64,000 nucleotides of DNA. Origin: Alphaproteobacteria bacterium. Its GTDB lineage: Bacteria > Pseudomonadota > Alphaproteobacteria > Rs-D84. Below the pieces are notes generated by a model. The model was given only the letters and a program-made list of their open reading frames with translations. It made no database searches and was not told the origin of the DNA. A program made the position numbers and the translations under genes. The stretch's first letter is position 1; every line of letters starts with the position of its first letter. Location: positions 116,026 to 180,025 of the forward strand of contig JAFGMC010000006.1 of NCBI GenBank assembly GCA_016927735.1. Direction: 5' to 3'. This document shows positions 26,919 through 36,778 of the stretch, piece by piece.

Positions 26919-28223
26919 TTATTCACCCAACTTTTTAATAGATTCTGCAGACATTAAAATATTGTACTTTGCATTCAACAATGCCATATCTAACTGTGAT
27001 AACGCAGCTGATACTTCGGCCAATTCTACAGCAGATGTTTGACCTGCTGCAAAACGATCACATGAAATATTGTATGCTTTTTCTGCCAGGTTTTTTGCAT
27101 TTTCCAAGCTTTTCAAATTTCCACGTAAATGTTTATATTTTTTTATAGCAGTATCATATTGTTCTGTTTTTATCTTTTTTGATTTGTCCAAATCTTGACG
27201 AACAGTTTCTGCATTCATTGCTTCGATTGTTGCATTTGCACGCGCCAGACCACCGTCAAATATTGGAACCTGCAGCGCCAATCCCAAATATGCAATCTGG
27301 TCTTTGTGTCCACCAAAAACATTTGATTCTGTGTTTGTTGCTATATAACTATATGAACCTGTTGCTGCCAAAGTTGGATAGTGCCCAGCACGTTTTGACG
27401 AAGCATTAGATTCGTACATCTGCGCTTGCTGATTTAACATATCCCATTCAGGATTCGATTTTAAATCTTTGATATCAATATCTACAAAATCCGAAGGTAT
27501 TTCGTCGGTTAAATTTAAATCTTCATCCATATCTATATCTGCCAAGATTTTCAGCATTCTGTATGCGGTATCACGATTAAACTTTGCATCAGATAAATTT
27601 ATTTTTTTTGATTCTATATCTGATTCAATTTTCACTAAATTACCACGACCTACGCGACCAGCAGCCGTCAGTTTGTTTTTTGCAGAAACTGTATCCTTTA
27701 ATGATTTTTCTGCAATATTTACCAGACCATCAGTCATCTTTGCAGTCCAGTACATATTTGCAGCTGCATAGCGAACTTCACGTTGTGCCAACTCTTTACC
27801 AGATTCAGAAATCTTTATTGCGGATCTGACAGCATCAACTGCATTTCCAATTTTACCAAATGTATAAATAGGTTGTTTTACAGTAGCACCTGCCATGAAT
27901 GTATTATCAGGAATTTGAAAACCGCCGGTATAAACTAAAAATTCTGGGGGTAATACAACACCTTCACCACTCAGTGGTCTTTCAACATTAACCATATTCA
28001 TATAACTGGCAGTGCCTTCAATATTAAACCATCTGTTTGCATTTACCGCATCCAATTGTGCCTGGGCCTTTTTAATATTTGCATCAGATTTTTTTAAATC
28101 TTGTGATTCGGTCATTATTTTTTCAACAGCAGATTCAAATGACAAATCCATCGCAAAAGAATTCTGCATAAAAGCTGCAGAAAAAATTATACTGATAATT
28201 GATACCAATCTGAAATTACGCAT
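26919..28223 (-). CDS. TolC-family outer-membrane efflux protein
   Basis: Signal peptide and a duplicated helix/beta repeat organisation of 434 aa. It lies in an operon with the adaptor and the RND pump. Confidence 0.8.
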   Translation of the reverse strand: MRNFRLVSIISIIFSAAFMQNSFAMDLSFESAVEKIMTESQDLKKSDANIKKAQAQLDAVNANRWFNIEGTASYMNMVNVERPLSGEGVVLPPEFLVYTGGFQIPDNTFMAGATVKQPIYTFGKIGNAVDAVRSAIKISESGKELAQREVRYAAANMYWTAKMTDGLVNIAEKSLKDTVSAKNKLTAAGRVGRGNLVKIESDIESKKINLSDAKFNRDTAYRMLKILADIDMDEDLNLTDEIPSDFVDIDIKDLKSNPEWDMLNQQAQMYESNASSKRAGHYPTLAATGSYSYIATNTESNVFGGHKDQIAYLGLALQVPIFDGGLARANATIEAMNAETVRQDLDKSKKIKTEQYDTAIKKYKHLRGNLKSLENAKNLAEKAYNISCDRFAAGQTSAVELAEVSAALSQLDMALLNAKYNILMSAESIKKLGE

Positions 28224-28668
28224 TACTTATCTCCATATTTGTTAATAATTCATTAATTGTTTTTAAAGCACCCGTCAGTCTTTCTTCATCTTCGCGATTT
28301 ACATTTTTAAACATTATTTCTATACCCTCGCGAAATTTATCTATTGCACGACGTGCCAGTTCTTCACCAGATTTTGTGACAGAATACCAAGTATTACGAC
28401 GATCATTTTCATCAATTGTACGCAATACCAGTCCATCGTTTTCAAGTCTGCGAAATGTTGCACACAAATTTGATGTAGTAACAAATTCACGATGTGCGAT
28501 ATCTTTTAATTTTGCCCTGCCACCCAAGTACAGACGAACCAGCGCGGTCAACTGTTGACGTGGATATTTTGATATGCTGATAAGATCTATTTTAAGACGT
28601 TCGCCCAGCCTATCAAGAATCATTACATTTTCTTCAATAATACGAACAAATTCTTTGCGCGACATCAC
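28216..28668 (-). CDS. MarR-family transcriptional regulator
   Basis: 150 aa winged HTH (LTALVRLYL.....IAHREFVTTSNLCATFRRLENDGLVLR). First gene of the efflux operon, with an 8-nt overlap with the tolC-like gene. Confidence 0.8.
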   Translation of the reverse strand: MMSRKEFVRIIEENVMILDRLGERLKIDLISISKYPRQQLTALVRLYLGGRAKLKDIAHREFVTTSNLCATFRRLENDGLVLRTIDENDRRNTWYSVTKSGEELARRAIDKFREGIEIMFKNVNREDEERLTGALKTINELLTNMEISNA

Positions 28669-28844
28669 AAACTCCTTTTATTAATTACCTTTATTAAACA
28701 AGTATTAATCATTAAAAACTTTAATCATTATATATTTTAATAATTAAATTTCAAGGGATAATGTAAAAAATATTTAAAATATTTGTATATTAAGTATTTT
28801 ATTATTGCAAATTTAATAAAATTATCTATAATTACCCGTACTTT

Positions 28845-28918
28845 TGGGGCATCGTCTAACGGTAGGACAAGAGTTTTTGGTACTCTTTATCGCGGTTCGA
28901 ATCCGTGTGCCCCAACCA
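28845..28918 (+). tRNA. trnQ: tRNA-Gln (anticodon UUG)
   Basis: TGGGGCATCGTCTAACGGTAGGACAAGAGTTTTTGGTACTCTTTATCGCGGTTCGAATCCGTGTGCCCCAACCA. The anticodon stem is AGAGT/ACTCT and the loop is TTTTGGT. It parallels E. coli tRNA-Gln, and the CCA end is encoded. Confidence 0.9.
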
Positions 28919-28969
28919 AAAATTTCTTGAACTTAATAATATTTACTGATAGATTTCTACGATATCGCT

Positions 28970-29044
28970 GGTCCCATCATCTAACGGTCAGGATGCCAGA
29001 TTCTCATTCTGGAAATACGGGTTCGATTCCCGTTGGGACTGCCA
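28970..29044 (+). tRNA. trnE: tRNA-Glu (anticodon CUC as read by eye)
   Basis: GGTCCCATCATCTAACGGTCAGGATGCCAGATTCTCATTCTGGAAATACGGGTTCGATTCCCGTTGGGACTGCCA. The anticodon stem is CCAGA/TCTGG and the loop is TTCTCAT. The body is Glu-like (GTCCC...GGGAC). Confidence 0.85.
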
Positions 29045-29050
29045 GAAAAT

Positions 29051-29078
29051 AAAAACCCGCAAATGCGGGTTTTATTAT
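29051..29078. terminator. Bidirectional rho-independent terminator (tRNA cluster / SGNH hydrolase gene)
   Basis: AAAAACCCGC-AAAT-GCGGGTTTTATT, a hairpin flanked by an A-run and a T-run. Confidence 0.6.
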
Positions 29079-29782
29079 TTCATTGCCAAATACTGATTAT
29101 ATGTATTATTAAATATTGTTTTCATAACGTCTTGTCCACGCTCGTTCAAATGAATACCATCATCACAAATATAATCACAACATCTTGGTATTGATAAAAA
29201 TCCACTTCGTACCGGAATTTTATAAATATTATTCTTTGTTGCGATTTCTTCTAATGCGCCAGCATACAATTCTTGGTGTCTGTAAATATAATTTCTTTCA
29301 CCCAAGAAACGTTGAATATTTTCAACACGTGTTTTATCACCACGTGTAATCCAATTAAAATATTTTTCAGAATCAATTGGTGGCAATGTCATAAAGGCCA
29401 AATCACGACCAGTATCCTTAACCATTTGAATAATTTTTGCAATATTCTGTTTGAACTTTTCCAGTGTGACATTTGGTTGATGATCTGCGTCTGGATTTGC
29501 GGCGACATTATCCCAGTTAAAATCACAGTCGTTTCCACCCAATTCCAACATAATAATTCCTGACGGGGTTTCGCTCTTCAATATATTTTGGATTATATCT
29601 AATGCTTTTTCACTGGTACAACCAAACTTAGCATGATTTTTTATTTCAACATGATTCTCACGACTGAATAAATCAGCCGCTGATTCTTTTAATATTTTAT
29701 ATTTCTTAGAAATTTCATCTAATATAACACCTTTGGAAATAGAATCCCCCAGTATACTTATTTTTTCAATTATTTTTTTCAT
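29075..29782 (-). CDS. SGNH/GDSL-family hydrolase
   Basis: Block I SILGDSISKG, block III LELGGNDC, block V DGIHLN. The start is taken at MKKIIEK; the ORF is open to 29830. Confidence 0.7.
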   Translation of the reverse strand: MKKIIEKISILGDSISKGVILDEISKKYKILKESAADLFSRENHVEIKNHAKFGCTSEKALDIIQNILKSETPSGIIMLELGGNDCDFNWDNVAANPDADHQPNVTLEKFKQNIAKIIQMVKDTGRDLAFMTLPPIDSEKYFNWITRGDKTRVENIQRFLGERNYIYRHQELYAGALEEIATKNNIYKIPVRSGFLSIPRCCDYICDDGIHLNERGQDVMKTIFNNTYNQYLAMK

Positions 29783-29865
29783 TTTTCTCGCCTCTGACAC
29801 ATAATATAAGTCAAAAAACAAGATTTGCAATAGATATAAAAAATGTCTGCAACGCAGACATTTTT

Positions 29866-30267
29866 TTAAGATAAAGTTGTACGAGCTCGCTCTAATAAAT
29901 CAATTGCCTGGTTAATTTCAGATTTATCCGAAAATAAACCATTGTCCGATTTTATCGATTTCTTCTGTACAACATTTTTAACGTTTTCTTTCTTATCAAC
30001 GCCAGTTATAAAGTCAGAACTCTCTGGAAATGTACCATCTTTCAGTAACTTTTTAACACCAGCAATTGTCATACCACGATTATAAAGCAAATCTTTTATG
30101 GTCTCTAATGCTGCTACTGTTTCTGTACGATAATAACGACGTCCACCAGCGCCGGTTGTTGGCTTTACCGCGGCAGGAAATTGCTTTTCCCAATAACGCA
30201 AAGTATGCGCCGGCAAATCCAATCGCTTTGCTACATCGTTAATTGATAAAAAGTATTCATTATTCAT
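29866..30267 (-). CDS. MerR-family transcriptional regulator
   Basis: [25 protein letters not shown]...GGRRYYR is a MerR HTH. It overlaps the gyrA stop by 8 nt. Confidence 0.75.
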   Translation of the reverse strand: MNNEYFLSINDVAKRLDLPAHTLRYWEKQFPAAVKPTTGAGGRRYYRTETVAALETIKDLLYNRGMTIAGVKKLLKDGTFPESSDFITGVDKKENVKNVVQKKSIKSDNGLFSDKSEINQAIDLLERARTTLS

Positions 30268-33001
30268 TGTTTCCCGATTCTATGATTTCTGTTTCAGAAG
30301 TTTCTATTGCAACAATATCATCTATTTCTTCTTTTTCAATTGCAATTGCTGATACTACTTTTTCTTTTTCAGATGTGCGGAATAATGTAACGCCAGCAGT
30401 TGCACGTCCAGCAATACGAACAGCAGCAACAGGTGTTCTGATAATTTTTCCACCATCTGTCACCATTATAATATCATGTTCGTTATCAACAGGGAAAGAA
30501 CCTGCAACTGCGGTATTCTTGCCACCCAGTTTAATATTTGCAAATCCACCGCCACCACGATGCGTCAGACGATATTCATAAGAACTGGTTCTTTTACCAA
30601 ATCCATTTTCAGAAATTGTCAAAATGAATTCTTCGCGCGATGCCATTTCTGCCATCTTTGCATCATCTAGAACCAAGTTTGTTGATTCTTCATCCGCATC
30701 TTCGGTACCAGCTTCTTCTTCGACACCGGTTGCGGCACGTCGTAGTGCACGACTCTGTTTAATATAAGCGCTGCGTACTGATGAATCTTCTTCACCATGA
30801 TTCAACATAGCCATACCAATAATACGGTCATCTTTGCCCAGTTTTAATCCACGAACACCGGTTGAATTACGTCCTGCAAATACGCGAATTTCAGGAACAG
30901 CGAATCTGATACAACGTCCACGATAAGTAGACAAGAATACATCTTGATCTTCTGTGCATGGCAAAACAGATATCAGTGAATCACCTTCGTCCAGCTTCAT
31001 TGCAATTTTTCCATTCGCACGTATGCTTTCAAAATCAGCCATCTTATTACGACGAACAGTTCCCGATGCAGTCACAAACATCAAATAACTTTCTTTGTCT
31101 TCTGGTTCTGGCATAATTGCAGTTATTGTTTCACCATTTGATAATGGCAACAAATTAACCAATGGACGCCCCTTGGCAGCAGCTGCTGCTTCTGGTAATT
31201 TATATGTTTTTAATTTATAACATATACCCGCAGACGAGAAGAATAATAAAGGCGTATGAGTATTTGCAACAAACACTTGTACCACATAATCATCGTCCTT
31301 GGTTGCCATTGCATTACGTCCCTTGCCACCACGTTTCTGTGCACGATATGTATCCAAAGAAACACGTTTTATATATCCAGTATTAGATACTGTGATAACC
31401 ATATCTTCACGCGCAATCAAATCCTCAATATCAATATCAATTTCAGCGTCTGAAATTTCGCTGCGACGTGGACTGGCCCAATTATCACGAACAGTGGTTG
31501 TTTCGGCACGAATTATTTCAACAATACGTTCATGACTGCCCAGGATTTCCAATAATTCTTTAATAACCGAACCCAGATCCGTCAAATCTTTATGAATTTT
31601 TTCACGTTCAAGACCAGTCAATCTGTGTAATTGTAATTCCAAAATTGCCTTTGCTTGATCTTCGGACATATGGAACATTCCATCAGAGTATTCAGTATTT
31701 GGATCATCAATCAATTTAATATAAGATTCTATATCAGATGCCTTCCAACCACGTGAAACCAATGCTGTACGTGCTGCTTCTGGTGATTCGCTGCCCTTAA
31801 TCAAAGTGATAATTTCATCTAAATTACCAACAGCAACAGATAATCCCAACAAAGTGTGCGCACGATTACGCGCCTTGTTTAAATCAAATATTGTACGTCT
31901 ACGAATTACCTCGATACGGAATTCTATAAATGAATCCAAAACAGAACGGACATTAAATAACATTGGACGACCACGATTCAGCGCCATCATATTAACAGGA
32001 AAACTGTTTTGCATTTCTGTGTATTGAAACAAGTGATTCAATACAACTTCTGTAATCGCATCACGTTTTAATTCAATAACGATTCGCAAACCTTCTTTGG
32101 AAGATTCATCACGAATTGCAGAAATTCCTTCGATACGTTTATCTTTTACTAAATCTGCGATTTTTATGATTAATTGCGCCTTGTTAACTTGGTATGGAAT
32201 TTCATCAACAATAATTGCCTCATGATCTTTAAATTCTTCAATATGTGTCTTTGAACGAACAATAATAGAACCACGACCAGTATTATGTGCCTTATAACTA
32301 CCGGCATGTCCCATAATTAAACCACCAGTTGGGAAATCTGGTCCCGGAATAATTCCAAATAGTTCATCATTTGTTAAATTTTTATTATCCAAGATTGTTA
32401 ATATTGCATTACAAACCTCTCCTAGATTATAAGTCGGAACATTTGTCGCCATACCAACTGCAATACCAGATCCACCGTTTATCAAAAAGTTTGGAAATTT
32501 TGCAGGCAAAACCTGTGGTTCTTGCAAAGTTCCATCAAAATTAGGTATCCAATCAACAGTCCCTTTGTCCATATCGTCCATCAGGGACGCGCCCAGTTTG
32601 GAAAGTCTGGCCTCGGTATAACGCATAGCAGCGGGTTTATCACCATCGCGGGAACCAAAGTTACCCTGACCACTGACCAACATTTCCCCCATAGAAAAAT
32701 CCTGGGCCATACGTGCCATCGCATCATAAATAGAACTGTCACCATGTGGATGGTATTTACCCATAACATCACCAACAATACGTGCAGATTTAACTGTTGC
32801 CCGTGTAGCAGGTGCAACATCATTCATAACATATAAAATACGGCGATGAACCGGTTTACATCCGTCGCGAACATCTGGTAATGCACGATCAACAATGACC
32901 GACATTGCATAGTCCAGAAAGCTTGTTCTCATTTCATGTTCCAGCGAAGAAGTTGGGACTTTTATTTCGTTTATTCCGTGTGTTTCATTATTTTCAGACA
33001 T
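30260..33001 (-). CDS. gyrA: DNA gyrase subunit A
   Basis: [27 protein letters not shown], the [23 protein letters not shown], and the active-site AAMRYTE. Also C-terminal beta-pinwheel repeats and an acidic tail. Confidence 0.95.
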   Translation of the reverse strand: MSENNETHGINEIKVPTSSLEHEMRTSFLDYAMSVIVDRALPDVRDGCKPVHRRILYVMNDVAPATRATVKSARIVGDVMGKYHPHGDSSIYDAMARMAQDFSMGEMLVSGQGNFGSRDGDKPAAMRYTEARLSKLGASLMDDMDKGTVDWIPNFDGTLQEPQVLPAKFPNFLINGGSGIAVGMATNVPTYNLGEVCNAILTILDNKNLTNDELFGIIPGPDFPTGGLIMGHAGSYKAHNTGRGSIIVRSKTHIEEFKDHEAIIVDEIPYQVNKAQLIIKIADLVKDKRIEGISAIRDESSKEGLRIVIELKRDAITEVVLNHLFQYTEMQNSFPVNMMALNRGRPMLFNVRSVLDSFIEFRIEVIRRRTIFDLNKARNRAHTLLGLSVAVGNLDEIITLIKGSESPEAARTALVSRGWKASDIESYIKLIDDPNTEYSDGMFHMSEDQAKAILELQLHRLTGLEREKIHKDLTDLGSVIKELLEILGSHERIVEIIRAETTTVRDNWASPRRSEISDAEIDIDIEDLIAREDMVITVSNTGYIKRVSLDTYRAQKRGGKGRNAMATKDDDYVVQVFVANTHTPLLFFSSAGICYKLKTYKLPEAAAAAKGRPLVNLLPLSNGETITAIMPEPEDKESYLMFVTASGTVRRNKMADFESIRANGKIAMKLDEGDSLISVLPCTEDQDVFLSTYRGRCIRFAVPEIRVFAGRNSTGVRGLKLGKDDRIIGMAMLNHGEEDSSVRSAYIKQSRALRRAATGVEEEAGTEDADEESTNLVLDDAKMAEMASREEFILTISENGFGKRTSSYEYRLTHRGGGGFANIKLGGKNTAVAGSFPVDNEHDIIMVTDGGKIIRTPVAAVRIAGRATAGVTLFRTSEKEKVVSAIAIEKEEIDDIVAIETSETEIIESGNNE

Positions 33002-33115
33002 ACCAATTTTTCCTTGTTTTTCAAGACTTTTTCAGATAATTAAAGATAGCAAAAAATGCTGTTTCCGTCAAGAAATAAACCCCCCATATTTATATTATTT
33101 TAACTTAAAATATAG

Positions 33116-33143
33116 TTGACAAAACTTTATACTTTAGTACTAT
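33116..33143 (+). promoter_or_regulatory. Sigma70-type promoter (TTGACA-16 nt-TACTAT) ahead of a 31-codon ORF
   Basis: Perfect -35 hexamer at 33116..33121 and TACTAT at 33138..33143. An AAAGGA Shine-Dalgarno precedes the ATG at 33166. Confidence 0.4.
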
Positions 33144-33165
33144 TGTTAAAAATAAAGGATACGAA

Positions 33166-33261
33166 ATGTTTCTAGCTTTTTGGAATTTATTTGCAGCATT
33201 GTTTATTTATTATCTAGCAATTGAAGGTTTAAAAAAACTAGGTTTAATAAATTCAAAATAA
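33166..33261 (+). CDS. Possible small hydrophobic peptide (31 aa, MFLAFWNLFAALFIYYLAIEGLKKLGLINSK)
   Basis: It is below the ORF-track cut-off. It has its own promoter-like hexamers and a Shine-Dalgarno. The peptide is one TM-length hydrophobic stretch with a basic tail. Confidence 0.25.
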   Translation: MFLAFWNLFAALFIYYLAIEGLKKLGLINSK

Positions 33262-33318
33262 AAAAAGATTGCGTTTTGATTTAGCCTGTGGTTAAATACA
33301 CGCACAAAGGATTAAGTC

Positions 33319-33471
33319 ATGGCAACTAAAAGAACATATCAACCATCTAAAACTCGTCGGGTTAAAACACATGGGTTTCGTGAAAAGATGGCAACTAAGA
33401 GCGGACGCGATGTTTTAAATCGTCGCCGCGCTACTGGTCGTAAAAGATTGGCAGTATCTGCCGTCAGATAA
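33319..33471 (+). CDS. rpmH: 50S ribosomal protein L34
   Basis: Hand translation gives [50 protein letters not shown], which is the L34 consensus. An AAGGA Shine-Dalgarno precedes it. It is below the ORF-track cut-off. Confidence 0.9.
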   Translation: MATKRTYQPSKTRRVKTHGFREKMATKSGRDVLNRRRATGRKRLAVSAVR

Positions 33472-33498
33472 AAAAACCGCCAATTGGCGGTTTTTTAT
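33471..33498. terminator. Bidirectional terminator after rpmH / acyl-ACP thioesterase gene
   Basis: AAAAAACCGCC-AATT-GGCGGTTTTTT. Confidence 0.6.
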
Positions 33499-33514
33499 TA
33501 ATTTTTTATATTTA

Positions 33515-34255
33515 TTAATCCTTCACAATTTCATTTGCTTCCCAACGACAAATAATATTTGCATTTTCAACATCACCTGTTTTAATTTTATGCTGGCTGA
33601 CCTTATCATCGATTCTGACCGCAACTATTATTTCGGGGGTATTTGGATTTACTTCTTTTTTAAAATTTAGTTCAATTGATTTTAACTTGTGTTTATTTCT
33701 AAAATCAAACCCTACGCTTTCTGTTGCCCAAACAGTGTATGTTGCGTTATTTATATGCTGGTTAACATCAACATCATCATATCTGCATTTCATTGTATGA
33801 ATTTTCTTTGGTTCAAAGTCTGGGAATTTTTCAAATTCACGATCCAGACTGCGTTCTGATATTGTTTCCCAATTCTTTAATATATCAGATAATTTAATAG
33901 GGTGTCTTTTTGCAATATCAATCAGAATCCATTGACTGGTTGCACGAACCATCAATCGACCATCAGATCCACGAATTTCAAAATCACGCGTCGCTTTTAA
34001 CGCGCCATGGCCAGATGGCCATGTTGTGAAAGTCAATTCTTCTGCTTCACGTGGTAATTCAATTATATCAACCAAGTAATGAGTCACAACCCAGGCAATA
34101 CCATGTTCAATACAATAAGAACGGCCAAAACCCAAAACCTCTGCATGATTATCAGCAGCAGCTTGCAATTCATTCATCAATATCAATGGACGAATATTTC
34201 CATATCGATCTGTTTGATAGGTACACAATACTTTCTTCTCTACAAACTTTTCCAT
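33515..34255 (-). CDS. Acyl-ACP thioesterase family protein
   Basis: Double hot-dog layout with ...IAWVVTHYLVDIIELPREAEELTFTTWPSG... and RYDDVDVNQHINNATYTVWATE (the D.D.N.HVNN..Y motif). The start is taken at MEKFVEKK; the ORF is open to 34273. Confidence 0.7.
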   Translation of the reverse strand: MEKFVEKKVLCTYQTDRYGNIRPLILMNELQAAADNHAEVLGFGRSYCIEHGIAWVVTHYLVDIIELPREAEELTFTTWPSGHGALKATRDFEIRGSDGRLMVRATSQWILIDIAKRHPIKLSDILKNWETISERSLDREFEKFPDFEPKKIHTMKCRYDDVDVNQHINNATYTVWATESVGFDFRNKHKLKSIELNFKKEVNPNTPEIIVAVRIDDKVSQHKIKTGDVENANIICRWEANEIVKD

Positions 34256-34275
34256 TATTACATCCCCTATCAAAT

Positions 34276-36666
34276 TTACTGAATAACAGTGAAATCTATA
34301 TTTGTATTTTCTTTTAAAACAACAGTCGCTGCGCGTGCACCAGATTTAATAACACCATGTAAAATTTCTGGGACAGATGAATTAATTATCAACTCTGCTA
34401 GTTTTGCACCATTACCAATTTTTCTTTCTGTACGCAAACCACGAACTTGTTTTAATATATCCAACGCAATCTGCATTTGGGAAACATCTGTATCGTATTC
34501 TGCGCGTGCCTTTGGATAATTGGTCAAATGCAGTGTTTCGCCGGATTCATATTTTTTATAAATCTTATTCCAAAGCTCTTCTGTTAAGAATGGTATAAAC
34601 GGTGCGTATAATCCCAGCACCGCGCGTAATACCTCCCACAATGTCCATTGTGCAGATTGCAGTGAATCTGAACTATATTTTTCAGGCGACCAAAAACGAT
34701 CCTTGATAAATTCCAAATATTGATCGCACAAAACATCATAAAAGAAACTGTCAATAGCAGCGCGTGCATTATAATTATCATATTTATCCAAACATCTACG
34801 AACGTCTATGATTGTTTTATTTAACTCTGATAATATCCATCTATCTTCAATAAATCTGTTCTCGTTATGAACAAAATTATCCTGCTCTGGTTCCCAGTTT
34901 GACAGATTCATCAAAACATATTTTGACGCATTCCACAGCTTGGTTAATAATTTTGAACCACGTTTAACCTCATCATCGGAATATCGCATATCTGTTCCAA
35001 TAGGCGCTGTGGCAACCCAATAACGCAGACTGTCTGCACCAAACTTTTCAACAACCACCAGTGGATCTGTTCCATTACCCTTGGTCTTGGACATTTTTTG
35101 CCCGGCAGAGTCACGAACGATACCATGGAAATTAACCGTACGGAATGGAACGTCACCCATAACATAAATTCCCATCATGACCATTCTGGCAACCCAAAAG
35201 AAAATAATATCCGCCGCCGTGTATAATAAATCTGTTGGATAATATTTATTTAATTCTGCGGTTTCTTCTGGCCAACCAAGTGTTGAAAAAGGCCACAAAG
35301 AAGACGAGAACCAAGTATCTAAAACATCATTATCACGGGTTAATTTTTTACCACCTGATTGTGCGATTGCATCTTCTTCGTTTTCTGCAACGTAAATTTT
35401 TCCATCCTTATCATACCAGGCTGGAATTTTATGACCCCACCATAATTGACGTGAAATTGGCCATTGGCGAATATCTTTCATCCATGCCATAAACAAATTA
35501 TATCTATGATCTGGCATGAATTTTATTTTACCAGATTCAACAGCTTCGATTGCAGGAACAGATAATTTTTTTGCATCAACGAACCATTGATCTGTCAAAT
35601 ACGGTTCAACAACAACACCGCCACGTTCTGAATATGGTGTTGGGATTGTTTTATCTTCTATTTTCACCATAAGACCCGCTGCAGTTATATCAGCAACAGC
35701 TAACTCGCGTGCCTTGAAACGATCCAAACCACGATATTTTTCTGGAACATTTTCATTCATTTTTGCATCAGGTGTTAAAATACAAAGTGGCTCTAAATTA
35801 TGACGTTTGCCAACCTCCCAGTCATCAAAGTCATGTGCAGGCGTAATTTTAACCGCACCTGTTCCCTTTTCAGGATCTGCGTGTTCATCTGCAATAATTG
35901 GAATTTCAATATCTGTCATTGGAATAATTGCACGTTTACCAATCAGATGTTTTAGCTTTTCATTTTCTGGGTGAATGGCAATAGCCTTGTCACCAAATAA
36001 AGTTTCTGGACGCGTTGTTGCAATCTGAACAAAACCACCATTGGTCAACGGATAATTAAAGTAATAGAACTTACCTTTTTCTTCACGTGTTTCTACTTCT
36101 AAATCAGATACGGATGTTTGTTGTTTTGGACACCAGTTAACCAAACGCTTTTCACGATAAATCAGACCCTCTGAATACATTTTAACAAACAGTTTATTAA
36201 CTGCATTTGATAAACCATCATCCATTGTAAAACGTTCACGTACCCAAACAGGTGTCACACCCAAAATATGTAATTGGTTTATAATTTGACCACCCTTGTC
36301 ATGCTTCCAATCCCAGGCAGTTTTTAATAATTCTTCCTGTGACAAACTTCTTGGATTTATACCACGTTTAGACAAATCGCGTTCAACCAATAACTGGGTC
36401 GCAATAGATGCATGATCAGTACCTGGTTGCCACAAAACATCAAAACCATCCATTCTTTTATAGCGGCATATAATATCAGTCAGAACATTATCCAATGCAT
36501 GCCCCATATGCAAATTACCAGTAACATTGGGTGGTGGCATCATAACACAAAATGGTTGTTTCGCTGATTTTACATCATTATCCCAAAATGCATTATTGTC
36601 CCAAAATTCTTGAATTCTTGATTCAATCTCACGCGCATCTATATTTTTGCCTAATTCTATATTCAT
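34276..36666 (-). CDS. valS: Valine--tRNA ligase (short form, 796 aa)
   Basis: The HIGH motif is PPPNVTGNLHMGHAL and the KMSKS motif is KMSKTKGN. Editing-domain segments are present. Confidence 0.95.
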   Translation of the reverse strand: MNIELGKNIDAREIESRIQEFWDNNAFWDNDVKSAKQPFCVMMPPPNVTGNLHMGHALDNVLTDIICRYKRMDGFDVLWQPGTDHASIATQLLVERDLSKRGINPRSLSQEELLKTAWDWKHDKGGQIINQLHILGVTPVWVRERFTMDDGLSNAVNKLFVKMYSEGLIYREKRLVNWCPKQQTSVSDLEVETREEKGKFYYFNYPLTNGGFVQIATTRPETLFGDKAIAIHPENEKLKHLIGKRAIIPMTDIEIPIIADEHADPEKGTGAVKITPAHDFDDWEVGKRHNLEPLCILTPDAKMNENVPEKYRGLDRFKARELAVADITAAGLMVKIEDKTIPTPYSERGGVVVEPYLTDQWFVDAKKLSVPAIEAVESGKIKFMPDHRYNLFMAWMKDIRQWPISRQLWWGHKIPAWYDKDGKIYVAENEEDAIAQSGGKKLTRDNDVLDTWFSSSLWPFSTLGWPEETAELNKYYPTDLLYTAADIIFFWVARMVMMGIYVMGDVPFRTVNFHGIVRDSAGQKMSKTKGNGTDPLVVVEKFGADSLRYWVATAPIGTDMRYSDDEVKRGSKLLTKLWNASKYVLMNLSNWEPEQDNFVHNENRFIEDRWILSELNKTIIDVRRCLDKYDNYNARAAIDSFFYDVLCDQYLEFIKDRFWSPEKYSSDSLQSAQWTLWEVLRAVLGLYAPFIPFLTEELWNKIYKKYESGETLHLTNYPKARAEYDTDVSQMQIALDILKQVRGLRTERKIGNGAKLAELIINSSVPEILHGVIKSGARAATVVLKENTNIDFTVIQ

Positions 36667-36720
36667 AAAACATATTCCTTGTTCATCAAATAATACCTAA
36701 GAAACCAATTAAAATCAAAT

Positions 36721-36750
36721 AAAAGTGTCGCATTTTTACATGCGACACAA
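36721..36750 (-). terminator. Hairpin terminator after the DUF2147 gene
   Basis: On the minus strand, GTGTCGCA-loop-TGCGACAC is followed by a T-run. Confidence 0.5.
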
Positions 36751-36778
36751 TTGAACGAGAAACTGCCGTTTACCGTCA

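Noticed and set aside
28783-29052. 89-aa + strand ORF in the marR / SGNH intergenic region
   Set aside because: It is fully explained by the tRNA-Gln and tRNA-Glu genes it overlaps.
28845-29830. tRNA-Gln/tRNA-Glu locus as an integration site of a genomic island
   Set aside because: No integrase, direct repeat of the tRNA 3' end or phage-like gene follows. The neighbouring gene is an ordinary SGNH hydrolase, followed by merR-gyrA.
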